NCBI RefSeq assembly: GCF_001194135.2
Contig: NC_068982.1
Coordinates: 133,805,883-133,869,882, forward strand
From: Octopus bimaculoides
Lineage: Eukaryota
DNA: 64,000 nt
Direction: 5' to 3'
The position numbers and the translations under genes were made by a program. Of this stretch, positions 1-10,825 are shown in pieces (the first letter of the stretch is position 1; each line of letters starts with the position of its first letter). The notes under the pieces were generated by a model. That model was not told where the DNA came from and made no database searches. It saw only the letters and a list, made by a program, of their open reading frames with translations.

Positions 1-544
1 AGTAAGACAAGCTCACTATTTATTATAAAAGGTGGACAAAAATGACTTTGTTAATTGACAACTTGTCGAGTGTGAAATAATGCCTATGTCAGATATTGAC
101 TTCTTGAAATTACAAATTACCTCACCATTAAACAGACTTCAGCTTTGTATTCAAAAACCTTTAGAATAAAATAAAATCCTACATACAAACTGTTTTTAGA
201 TCTGATGATGGTAATGATAATGATGATGCTGGTGGTTTCTAATTTAAGCACAAGGCCAGTAAATTTGGGGGAGGAGTTTAGTTGAAAGCATCAACCCCAG
301 TACTTGATCACTTACAGCAAGAAACTTGTTCTGGCCCCTTTTCTATCACTTTGACTTTTTATCTCATTACATAAAGCCACTTTCCTCTCCACTGTAGCTC
401 CTCTCAGCTGAAGGAGATCTTAATTTTGCAGGTTGCACTGCAACCTCATGGCTGTGCCTTGCAAAAAAAGAGTATCCAGTACACACTGTAGAGTTGTTCG
501 TGTCAAGAAGGGCAGCCAGCTGTAGAAACCCTGTCAAAGCAGAC

Positions 545-635
545 GTTGGAGTGCGATACAGTTTTCAAACCCTTTCAATCTTATTGAACCATCAAACCCA
601 TGCTTGCATGGAACATTGATGTTAAATGATGATGA
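545..635 (+). mobile_element. Degenerate 3' end of the (GAT)n-tailed retroposon family
   Basis: AACCATCAAACCCATGCTTGCATGGAACATTGATGTTAAATGATGATGA matches the tails at 5545-5730, 37187-37365 and 56962-57142. Confidence 0.65.
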
Positions 636-1051
636 CCCCGCAGGGATGAAAGGAAAAGCAAAGTTGATCTTGACAAGATTTAAACTCAGAACATAAAAGG
701 CCAAAAGAAATGCCACAAGGCATTTTTTTGTGCTCATCCACCACCCTTATAATCTTAATAATGATAATTGTTTTAAATTTGGGCTCAAGGCAGCAGTTTT
801 AGTGAGAGTGGTCTATTTGATTACACCAAAACCCAGTGCTTGACTGGTACTTTGATTTATTAACCTTCCAAGAATGAAAAGCAAAATTTGCCTCTCTTCC
901 TTTCATGGTCAATAAGGGGTTCATGTAATCATCTTCTTTCCCTTAAAACTGTTAAGATAAGAAAAAAATTGCTGTTGTTGTTGTTGCGTGAGCGAGCAGT
1001 GCATGCCATCAAAGTGACACTGGGGTAAAATATTATTATTATTATTATTGA

Positions 1052-1900
1052 GCTGACTAAATCGCTAGCATACTGGTCAAAATGCTTAGTGGCATTTCAT
1101 CCATCTTCACGTTCTGAGTTCAAGTTCTGCCTAGGTCAACTTTGCCTTTCATCCTTTCTGGGTCGATAAAGTACCAGCGAAACACTGGGGTCGATGTAAT
1201 CCACTCGTCCTCTCCCCACAAGTTTCAGACTTTGTGCCTATAAAAGAAAGGATTATTATTATTATCATTATTAAGGCAGCAAGCTGACAGGAGCATTGGC
1301 ATGCCAGACAAAATGCTGAGTGGCATTTTCTCCATCTTTACATTCTCAGTTCAAATTCTGCTGATGTCAGCATTGCCTTTCAGTATCGATAAATTAAGTA
1401 CCAGTCAAGTACTAGTGTTGATATGATTGACTTATCCCCTCGCCAACAAATTTCAGGCCTTGTGCTTATAGTAGAAAGGATTATTGTTATCATGGCAACC
1501 TGGCTGAATTGTTAGAACACAGGACAAAATGTTTAGCATTTGGTCCTTCTATTACAGTCTGAATTCACATTCCACAGAAGTCAACTTTACCTTTCAACCT
1601 TTAGGGGTCAATGAACTAGGTACCAGGTGACTGTAATTGTCTAGCACTCTCCCATCAAATTTTAGGCCTTGTGTCTATAATAGAAAGGTTTGTTGTTGTT
1701 GTTATGGTGGTGCATTAGCACATCAGAGAAGATGCCTAGTAGTATTTCATCCAGCTCAACCTAAGTTCAAATCCCACTGAAGTCAGCTTTCCCTTCCATC
1801 CTTTTAGATTCAATAAAATTGTCAGTCAGGACTAGGGTCAGTGTAATCAACTAGTCCCATTCCCTCAAAAATTACTACCCTTGTGCCTTAGTAGGAATTA
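1052..1900 (+). mobile_element. Head-to-tail array of 4 tRNA-headed SINEs (core GAGGTCRACTTTGCCTTTCATCCTTT...AAGTACCAG; Meta-domain-like), approximate limits
   Basis: Each unit has an A-box-like AGCTGGCAGAA..TTAG, a B-box GAGTTCAAATTC, the shared core, and a tail GCCTTGTGCCTATAGTAGAAAGG(ATT)n. The Meta-domain assignment is from recall and needs a Dfam/Repbase check. Confidence 0.85.
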
Positions 1901-3280
1901 TTATTTCCCCCTGGAGGAGTAAAAGCCAACTCTATTTGAACCTGGAATTGATGTAAATAAATAACAGCAATTTTCCACTGTTTCTACCCCCAGACCATCC
2001 TTGTTTATTTAATTTACAAACAAGATATATGTTTGATTGACAAACTCCTTCCTTTCTGATAAGATCACACTCAGTTAGTGGGAGACAAATAAATAAGCAA
2101 ACCATTTCTAGTTTGAGTTAGTGAGTCATCATCACCAAGTAAGTTTTCAAATGACTAATCTCATGTTATTGGTCCAGTCAGATGCTAGTTTCTAAAGCCC
2201 ACCTACAGCAGCAACAATTTCACACCTTTAGGCCACTACAAGGCTATGTTTTATCCTTTCCTTTGATTCCATTGTTATTAATTAACAGTCACCTCTGCTA
2301 TTAAAGAACTTCCATGGCTCTAACGTTTGTAAAATAATAAATACCTGTTAATGCAGAAGTAGACATTATCAAAATTCATACGCCTTGCCTCTTGGCAGAA
2401 TTCGACTATTAATAATAAAAAGGGGCGTGGCTGTGTGATAGGTTACCACCCCCACAATCCTACTGATTTGATAATTATTCCACCCTCCTTTATCTTCCTT
2501 ACAGTAGATGAGAAAGATAACTTCATTGTGTAAACGCATAGTGTTATTAATAAGAATGAGGTTATTTGACAGTGTTGGATGGGGGGAAAATAATACACAC
2601 ACAAGCGTGTGTGTGTGTGTGTGTGTGTATGTGTATATATATATATATATATATACATACACACACGCTGTTTAGTAATATCTGCAGCCTATGACATTAT
2701 TACTTTGTCATACTTCCATTCATTTATAAGAATAGTGGGGATGGGTAATTGAGTGTTATACTATATGTGTTGCAGTATTTACTTCCAACATTTTTATTTC
2801 CAAGTTCGAACTGCACTAGAAACCTACATTTGTTTTTAAATGATTTTTTTTTTTTTTTTTTTTTTTTGCCTGAAATTCTCTCTCATATGATGACCAATAN
2901 NNNNNNNNNNNNNNNNNNNNNNNNNNNNNNNNGTTTTTTTTTTTTTTTTTTTTCAAAGGCCCTGCTATACTGGTGAAAACATATATCATTAATGTTCCTC
3001 TTGAGTCTATGAAAATAGCAGTCAAGTTTTCCTGAAATCACACCATTCTGTGTGAGATAGGTATTGCATAATCTAGCACTAAATATAACGGTTAAAAAAA
3101 AAAAAAAGAATGATTGCAATTTCAGTGTCTTTAGTCATGTTCAGTTATGATTAGCCTGGGGTTAAATATCAACAACAACAACTACTACCACTAGTAACAA
3201 AATAATAGAGTTGATTCTCATTTCGTCTATTTTGTCAAAATTTGCTTAAGCAAATAATAATAATAATAATTGTAATTCTT

Positions 3281-3760
3281 TCTAATTTTGGCACAAGGTT
3301 AGCAGTTTTTGAGGGAGTGGGTAAGTTGATTACATCAAGCCCAGTTCATGACTGGTATTTATTTTATTGACCCTGAAAGAATAAAAGGCAAAGTTAACCA
3401 CAGCAGAATTTGAACTCAGAATGTGAAGAGCCAGAAGAAATGCCTCTAATTATTTTGTCTGACATACTAACCATTCTGCCAGCTTGCTACTTTATCAACA
3501 ACAACAGTAATAATTGTTGTTGTTGCTTTCATTTCTAATTCAGGCCTAAGGCCAACAATTTTGAGCGAAGGGGTTTAGTTGATGACATCAACTCCAGTCC
3601 TTGATTTGTGGTATATTTTATTAAACCCAGAGAAATAAAAGGCAAACTTGAATTTGGTGGGATTTGAACTCAGAACACAAAGAATCAAAACAGATACTGC
3701 AAAGCAGTTTTTTTTTTTGTTTTTTGTTTTTCTCACAATGTAACAATTCTCTCCTATCCA
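3281..3760 (-). mobile_element. Two copies of the same tRNA-headed SINE family, minus strand
   Basis: Reverse-complement core GAAAGAATAAAAGGCAAAGTTAACC...GAATTTGAACTCAGAA occurs twice. Confidence 0.8.
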
Positions 3761-4271
3761 CCTCCCTCACAATAATGATTTCTTAATATTGATAAAGAAG
3801 AAAGAAAGAAGGAAAGAAAGAAAGAAGGAAAGAAAGAAAGAAACAGAAAAATACACAATCAAAAATCAATAGTTATCTTTTACTCATTTCTTCAGGGTTA
3901 TGTCAGCTAACTCATCTGTTTTCAAACATGCTCAGTATCCAGGTTAACATGGATCAGCAGTTGCAACTGCTGTTGCACTAGTTAGCAACCACTGCACATA
4001 TTAATAATTGAAGAGTCTATAACTGTCTAGCTTGCTTAATATTCTGTTTTCTAACAACACACTCCACCATCCAGTACAGTTTACTGCCACAACATGCCGT
4101 GCATTTATTATACACATTACATTGCATGTTACCATAGTAATTGGTAGTTTTTAGTCTGGCTATGGATCTGGTGCTATTAAATTCTCAGCAGTACTAAGTG
4201 TAATGATGGTTACTAAGAATTTCTGTTAAAGTTGGTATTATTTAAATTTTATTATATTACAGGTATTTAGC

Positions 4272-4367
<96 letters not shown>

Positions 4368-4499
4368 CACACACCTATCTCCTCTCTCTATCTCCTCTCT
4401 CTCTATTTATCTATCTATCTACAGTTCATCTGACAGGCTTCCATATAGTTTCCATCTACCCAATTTTGTTCACAGACTATATTAAAAAAAAAAAAGATG

Positions 4500-4812
4500 A
4501 GAAACTGGTACTCTGTCAGCTACAACAATGCGTCTTCCTGTTGGTCCGTTTGTGAAATTAATGTGCAGGTGGATGAGCGCTCCACAGATACATATACCCT
4601 TAATATAGTTTTCAGGGAGATTCAGCATGACACGGAATGTGACGAGGCTGGCTCCTTTGAAATAGAAGTACTACTCCTTTTGCCAGCTGAGTGGACTGGA
4701 GCAACATCAGATAAAGTGCCTAGCTAAAGGACACAATGTGCCACCAGGAATCGAACTGCTGACCTTATGATTGTGAATTTAATACCCTAACCACTAAGCC
4801 ATGCACCTTCAC
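4500..4812 (-). mobile_element. Second tRNA-headed SINE family (Nin/V-domain-like body)
   Basis: Reverse complement of the + copy at 8555-8858 (shared TTAAGGGTACATGTGTCTGTGGAGTGCTCAGCCAC...GTTAATTTCACGAGCAGG). B-box seen as GGAATCGAAC on +. Domain naming is tentative. Confidence 0.75.
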
Positions 4813-5089
4813 AGCTATGGTAAAGACACTTGCCCAAGATACCACTGACTGGGATTGAATTTAGGACCTTATGATTGCAAAACAAACTTCTTAACTACTT
4901 GGTCATGCCTGCATCCACACGTGTAAATGGGCTTCTTTCAGTTACCATTTACAAAATCAGTTCACAAGGCCTTGGTCAACTCAGGGCTAGGGTAGAAAAG
5001 AATTGCCTTAGGTGACACCCATTGGGACTGAAACTAAATCATCGCTATGGTTGCAAAGCAAATTTCTTTACTACAGAGCTTATCTCCCT

Positions 5090-5730
5090 ACCCCGTTCCT
5101 GCAACCTACCCATACACTTCATCTCTCTTCTCCCTTCTGTCAACAGTATCAGTACTACCTCAGGCTTACCTAAACACATCTTGTCTCTTCTGTCCACCCC
5201 ACCCCTTTCGGTGGTATCATAACCACCCTACTGCTGATGTCCCTGTAGCCCCTCCCCCTGCAGTTTGTGCACCTGCTTTCCCGATCTTTACATATGTTGT
5301 GTCTGCTTCCCTAATCTTTATAGATTGCCTAACTCTCTCTCCCGTCTCCCCTATCTCTTCCTCTATACAATCTTGTAACCCTCCTCCCTACTCACCCCAC
5401 CTGCTACTACCTCTGCTACCTGAGGTGCCACCTAGACACCTCATCACCACTGTCGATCTCCTTGGAGATAACTCTAACTTATTGCAACATACCCCGCTCC
5501 CTGAATTTGTTGACCTGCAAGCTACATAGTGACCTCAGTTGTATCAGCGGCACAAAAAAAATGTTTCCAAGTGGTTAATGTTAGGAAGAGCATCCAACCA
5601 CAGGAACCATTCCCAAGTTGATACTGGAGCATGATGCACTCCTTTGACTTATCAGGTTCTTGTCAAACCATCCAACCCATGCAGGCATGCAACATGGATG
5701 TTAAATAATGATAATGATGATGATGATGAT
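5090..5730 (+). mobile_element. Longer copy of the (GAT)n-tailed retroposon (C-rich body plus AGGAAGAGCATCC...CATGC tail)
   Basis: The tail matches the other copies. A similar pyrimidine-rich body precedes the tail at 30860-31410. ORF 5047..5529 here is not protein-like. Confidence 0.6.
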
Positions 5731-6225
5731 ATGAATGTATGTGTAAAGACACATTTAGAGAGGCCACTTTTAACAGTGAAACTTGAGTGTAAATAGTCAG
5801 TATTACTATTATTATTATTACACATGCACTCACACTTGCATGCACACACGCATACATGCATACCTACATACATGTGGATATAGGATGAGGTGGTGAAGAT
5901 TAATCTCAAGATGTTGCAACTCATGAAGAAGATGATAAGGAGTATGACGACTGACAATACGTGGGGCTGAAGAAGACCCAAATATCTGTGCAAATTTAAC
6001 AAAGTGTACATTAAAATGGAGACAGTGGTGGAAACTAGGATATCCAACATATATCTACATTTGGGCAGTTTACTCATTTTGGGCCTGTTAAGTCTCCTTC
6101 TGCTAACCCTTCTTGCATTTTAATATCCTCTCATCTCTATAACTTCCCTCTGGCCTATTAACTCCCATTAATTAAAGATATAACTTTATATCTGTCTCTT
6201 CTCAATCACCCACTACCATCATCTG

Positions 6226-6271
<46 letters not shown>

Positions 6272-6281
6272 NNNNNNNNNN

Positions 6282-6321
<40 letters not shown>

Positions 6322-7327
6322 TCTTCACATCATGATGCTTGAGTAATGAGGGTTTGCATCAAATGTTTTGGTATCCAATACACACCTTGCCATTTAACCT
6401 TCTCTAGTGCTAGCCATTACTCCCTCTCTCCAATATCATCTCATTGGCATCCATCATTCTTTAACCATTGCCCATTTCCACAATTATCCATCATTCAAAC
6501 TTTCTTCTGTTCTACGAGCCACCACATCTACTCGCTCAATGTACTTGTTATTGACATCCATCAAACTGTCTTACCAACAAACATGCAGCTACTATTAGTA
6601 TTTGTTTCATTATTTACCCTTTTCTATTATCAGCTTTCTCTTGCATTATACCTTGCAATTGCAGCCACTCTTTCATTAATCTATCTAGCAGTATCACTCC
6701 CCCTCCACTCTCTCTCCATATCATACTCTCATTTCTTCTTCATCTTTACCAGAGGTCATTGTGTACAGATGTCCTCCCTTCTCTTCGATCTATTGGTCAC
6801 AATGCCTTGAACTAACAGATATTGTAGAGTAGTAAGGACTCCTTTGTTTTGCTGCACACAAAGTAAACTTGTTCTGCTGTCACAGTAAAATGCACTTAGT
6901 ACACTGTATGTGGTGCTTAGTATTCAGGTTGAAAGGATGTAAGGTCAAGATGACCCCTAGTCTTGTCTTGTTGAGGACTTGGAAACCCCTTTTTTAAATG
7001 GTTGATGACAGTAAGGGCATCAAGTTGTAAACAAAGTTCAAAAAAGGAAAACATAAGCAAGATTTGATCCTGCTACCTGGAGCTCTGAACAAGAATTAAC
7101 TTTGGCTATCACAACCTATCAAACCCACGTCTGTACCGAAAGCAGGCTAAAAATGATAATGATCATGTGTGTGTGTGTGTACATATATATCTGTGTATGT
7201 GTGTGTGACTGATGTATGCCAAATCCCTTACAATATAACTAGTGATTTTGAAGGGACTGTCCTACTATGACTATTCCTGCTGTGGTATTGCTTTTGTATT
7301 CCCCTCCCCGCCATCGTTACTGTTATC

Positions 7328-7541
7328 ATGATACTGCAGATGTATTACCATAATGCAGTTGTTACCATGGTAATATTGTTCTATAGTATTGCCATTACAA
7401 TAGTGTATTGCAGTTGTTGCTATGATACTGTTGGTACATTACCATATTGCAGTTGTTGCCATGATACTGTTGTTATATTACCATATCACAGTTGTTGCTA
7501 TGGTGTTGTAACATTTCCATATTGCAGTTGTTGCGATAGTT
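7328..7541. repeat. 39-bp degenerate minisatellite (ATTGCAGTTGTTGCTATGATACTGTTGGTACATTACCAT)
   Basis: Units at 7407-7445, 7446-7484, 7485-7520 and a partial unit to ~7541, with decayed units upstream. Confidence 0.85.
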
Positions 7542-7559
7542 GATGGTGTTGTACTGAAT

Positions 7560-8030
7560 TTTGGTTGTGTGGTTAAGCAGTTCACCTTATAGCCATATGG
7601 TTTTGGGTTCAGTTCCACTGCATGACACCTTGAGTTATATATTTTTGTTTTTGTTTTTTAACCGTAGACTTAGGTTGCTCAGTGCCTTGTGACTGAAATT
7701 TGGTAGACAAACTGTACTGAAACCCATCATAGATGTGTGTGCATGTGTATATATGTATATATGTATGTGTATATCTATACATGTATGTGTGTGTGTAGAT
7801 ATGTATGTATATGCATGTGTGTGTGTGTGTGTAGATATGTATGTATATGCATGTATGTGTGTGTAGATATATATGTATATGCATGTATGTGTATATATAT
7901 ATATATATGTATGTATGTATATATATATATATATATATATGCATGTATATGTATGCATGTATGTAAATGTATATATGTGTATGTATATATATGTATGTGT
8001 ACATATGCATGTATATGTATATCATATATA
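7560..8030 (+). mobile_element. CORE-like tRNA SINE 5' half followed by a compound (TA/TG)n microsatellite
   Basis: GTGTGGTTAAG...GGGTTCAGTTCCACTGCATGACACCTTG matches the 9805 copy. The microsatellite accounts for the YIYI/HT ORFs. Confidence 0.7.
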
Positions 8031-8134
8031 TAGTTGAAATTTATAGAAAAACGAACGATGAAGGCAGGTGTATAAACAACAAGGTAGTGTATTAGTTTGA
8101 CACTCGGGAAAATGTTTTTTTCGTAAATTCTCCC

Positions 8135-8167
<33 letters not shown>

Positions 8168-8554
8168 TATATGTATGTATGTATGTATATATATACATAC
8201 ATATGTATGTATACATGTGTGTATGTCTTCGGTTCTGTGTCTTCTCATTCACACCATTTCAGTAGCAGTGTCATTTTTTTTAATGTCTTCCATAACCAAC
8301 ATGTCCCAGCAGCTGATAAAAAGACCAGTGGAACACATGGCTTGGAAAACTAAGTTTAGCACCCAGAAGGGCATCTCATGTCTCATCTAACTCATATCAG
8401 CATAGGAAAAACAGACATAACAATGGTGATGGCGGTGGGGCTGGCAGTGAGTGGTGTGTTGGTTATTTAGAGTTAAAACAACACTGTATCAGATGTACGG
8501 TCAAAGGCATTTCGGACCTGACCATGTTGTTTTTATTTCATTATATTTTAGTGA

Positions 8555-8858
8555 AAGTGGTTAGAATATTTGGCTCATGATTATAAAGTTCTGAGTTTGA
8601 TTCCTGACGGCATGTTGTGTCATTGATCGAGACAGTTTATTTCACATTGCTTCAGACCATACAGCTAGCAAAAGTGACGTGTACCGTTATTTCAAATGGC
8701 CAGCCTCATCAAGTTCTGTCTCGTGTCAAATCTCTCTGAGAAGTACATTAAGGGTACATGTGTCTGTGGGTGCTCAGCCACCTACATGTTAATTTCACGA
8801 GCAGGCTGTTCCATTGAACAATCAACTGGAACACTCGTCATAACCGACAGAGTGCCCA
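8555..8858 (+). mobile_element. Nin/V-domain-like tRNA SINE (further partial copies at ~45170-45330 and ~63470-63720)
   Basis: B-box GAGTTTGATTCC and body shared with 4500-4812 (-) and 63650-63690. Confidence 0.75.
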
Positions 8859-9804
8859 GCCTTCTAAGATGACCTTATGTCCTTTCCACATTTGAGATGG
8901 TAATGAGGGGCTGTATAGTTGTGAGTATACATAAGCATCTGCTCGTCTCCCTCACCCTTGACTTGGTGGATCATCAAACATCTCACAGTAGGGGAGAAAA
9001 TAAGCTCCACCAGCACTAGGCTGGAGATTATTTTCAGCTAAGTAAACTGAGGCAATGTGAAATGAAGAACCTTGCTCAAGGACTCAATCCACTGCCCCAT
9101 GTCTTAGAAACTGATGACCACAAACTTAGCACCCTAATTAATAGGCACATACCTTCACATTTTACAGTGATAGTGAATAATAATACTTTATCATGCAGTA
9201 ATCTTCTCTCTTTAAGGTTCTGACTTATTCGCTTTTTTTTTTCTTTAATGAGTTGATTCCAAACATTTCCTGTTTTGTTATAAGGATAAGACCAATTTAA
9301 AAGAGCAGGTAAAATTTTTTTTCAGCTGTTTACATCAACACCTGTATGAGAGTGGTGTTTGTTTACACCTGTAACATAATGTCGAGACATGGGTGCACAC
9401 GCATGTATGTGCACGCACACATTTATGATGGGCTTCTTTCAGTTTACATGTACCAAATCCATTCACAAAGGTTTGGTCATCTCAGAGCTGTAGTATATGA
9501 CACCTGCTTAAGGTGCTGTGCAGTGAGATTGAACTAAAGACCACATGATTATGAGGCAAACTTCTTAACCACACAGCCACACCCGTATGCTTGTCACTTT
9601 TCTTGGAGAATGCTTTGTAACTAAGATGCACTGTAATTTAAGAAAGTATTTATTTTCTAGTTTTCTTTTCCAAAATAAAAATCATAATATTACCTTCATT
9701 TTCCTGTTTTCACTTAAACTTATATTTATTTATATATTAGTTTTTTTCCTTTTTATTTATTGAAGGGTGGCACTTAAAAACAATTTCTAAAAAGAATCTC
9801 TGCT

Positions 9805-9967
9805 AGGCACAGGCATAGCTGTGTGGTAAGAAGCTTGCTTCCCAACCACATAGTTCTGGGTTCACTCCCACTGCATGGCACCTTGGACAAGTGTCTTCTT
9901 CTATAGCCTCAGGCTGATCAAAGACTTTGTGAGTGGATCTGGTAGATGGAAACTGAAATAAGCTCAT

Positions 9968-10032
<65 letters not shown>

Positions 10033-10225
10033 TTGTGTGTCTATCCCCACCACCATCATCACTTGACAAGTGATGTTAGTGTAACTTAGCAGTTCGGCAA
10101 AAGAGACCAATAGAATAAGTACCAGACTTACAAAAAATAAGTCCTGGGGTCGATTTCTGCAACTAAAAAGCTGTGCTCCAACATGGCTGCAGTCAAATGA
10201 CTGAAACAAATAAAAGAAAAGAATA
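9805..10225 (+). mobile_element. Near full-length CORE-like tRNA SINE with an internal (TA)n(TG)n tract
   Basis: A-box GCTGTGTGGTAAG, B-box GGGTTCACTCCC, CORE-like CACCTTGGACAAGTGTCTTCT, and 3' end CATGGCTGCAGTCAAATGACTGAAACAA. Confidence 0.85.
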
Positions 10226-10410
10226 AGAAAATACTGATGGCACTAGTAGAGACCGACAGATTGGTAGATGGGATCTTTTATTATTATTTCTTTGGTGTCT
10301 CAGACTTCTGCATTCAAATTCTTCTGATGTTGATTTTGTATTTTTCTATTCTGAAGCCAGTAAACTTTCCATCTGCAGTCAATGGTGTTTGTTCTTATTC
10401 ATATGTAAAT

Positions 10411-10825
10411 CTTTTATATCTTTTCCTTGTTTCAGTCATTGGACTGCAGCCATGCTGAGGTACCTCCTCCTAGGGGTTTCACCCTAATACTTATTCTCTT
10501 TAAATCTGGTGCTTATCCTATTGGCCTCTTTTGTAGAACCAATAAATTTTGAGGACACACACAAACCAACACTGATTGTTGAGTGGTCGTATGGGACAAA
10601 CACAAAGACACGGATATACATATATATATGATGTATATATGCATGCACACACACACACACACACACACACATGTATACACAATGAGCTTCTTTCAGTTTT
10701 TGTCTACGAAAATTACTCATAAGGCTTTGGTCAGCCCAGGGTCATGCAGTGAGACTGAATTGGAACCATGTGGCATGTTCTTGGGAAGCAAACTTCTTAC
10801 CACATGGCCACACTTGCACCTATAT
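10411..10825 (-). mobile_element. Same CORE-like SINE family, opposite orientation
   Basis: TTGTTTCAGTCATTGGACTGCAGCCATG and GGGAAGCAAACTTCTTACCACATGGCC are reverse complements of the ends of the 9805 copy. Confidence 0.8.

Noticed and set aside
3955-3972. Perfect 18-bp palindrome CAGCAGTTGCAACTGCTG (two E-boxes)
   Set aside because: A 9-bp-arm palindrome is expected by chance roughly once in a window this size, and there is no other support.
5047-6810. ORFs 5047..5529, 5652..6077 and 6346..6810 (140-160 aa)
   Set aside because: Low-complexity pyrimidine-rich retroposon bodies. No recognisable domain or splice context.
8031-8130. Possible Penelope-type terminal fragment between (TA)n tracts (similar context at 14570-14830)
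   Set aside because: The resemblance is only from recall. No hammerhead core or coding motif is visible, so it cannot be supported from the sequence.
7609-8390. Many 60-330 aa ORFs rich in YI, HT, CV, SL, RE or X (also 15430-16165, 16758-17876, 17969-18970, 24073-24372, 30072-30654, 35102-35498, 52025-52681, 60966-61476)
   Set aside because: They are translations of (TA)n, (CA)n, (CT)n microsatellites or N gaps. No coding signal.
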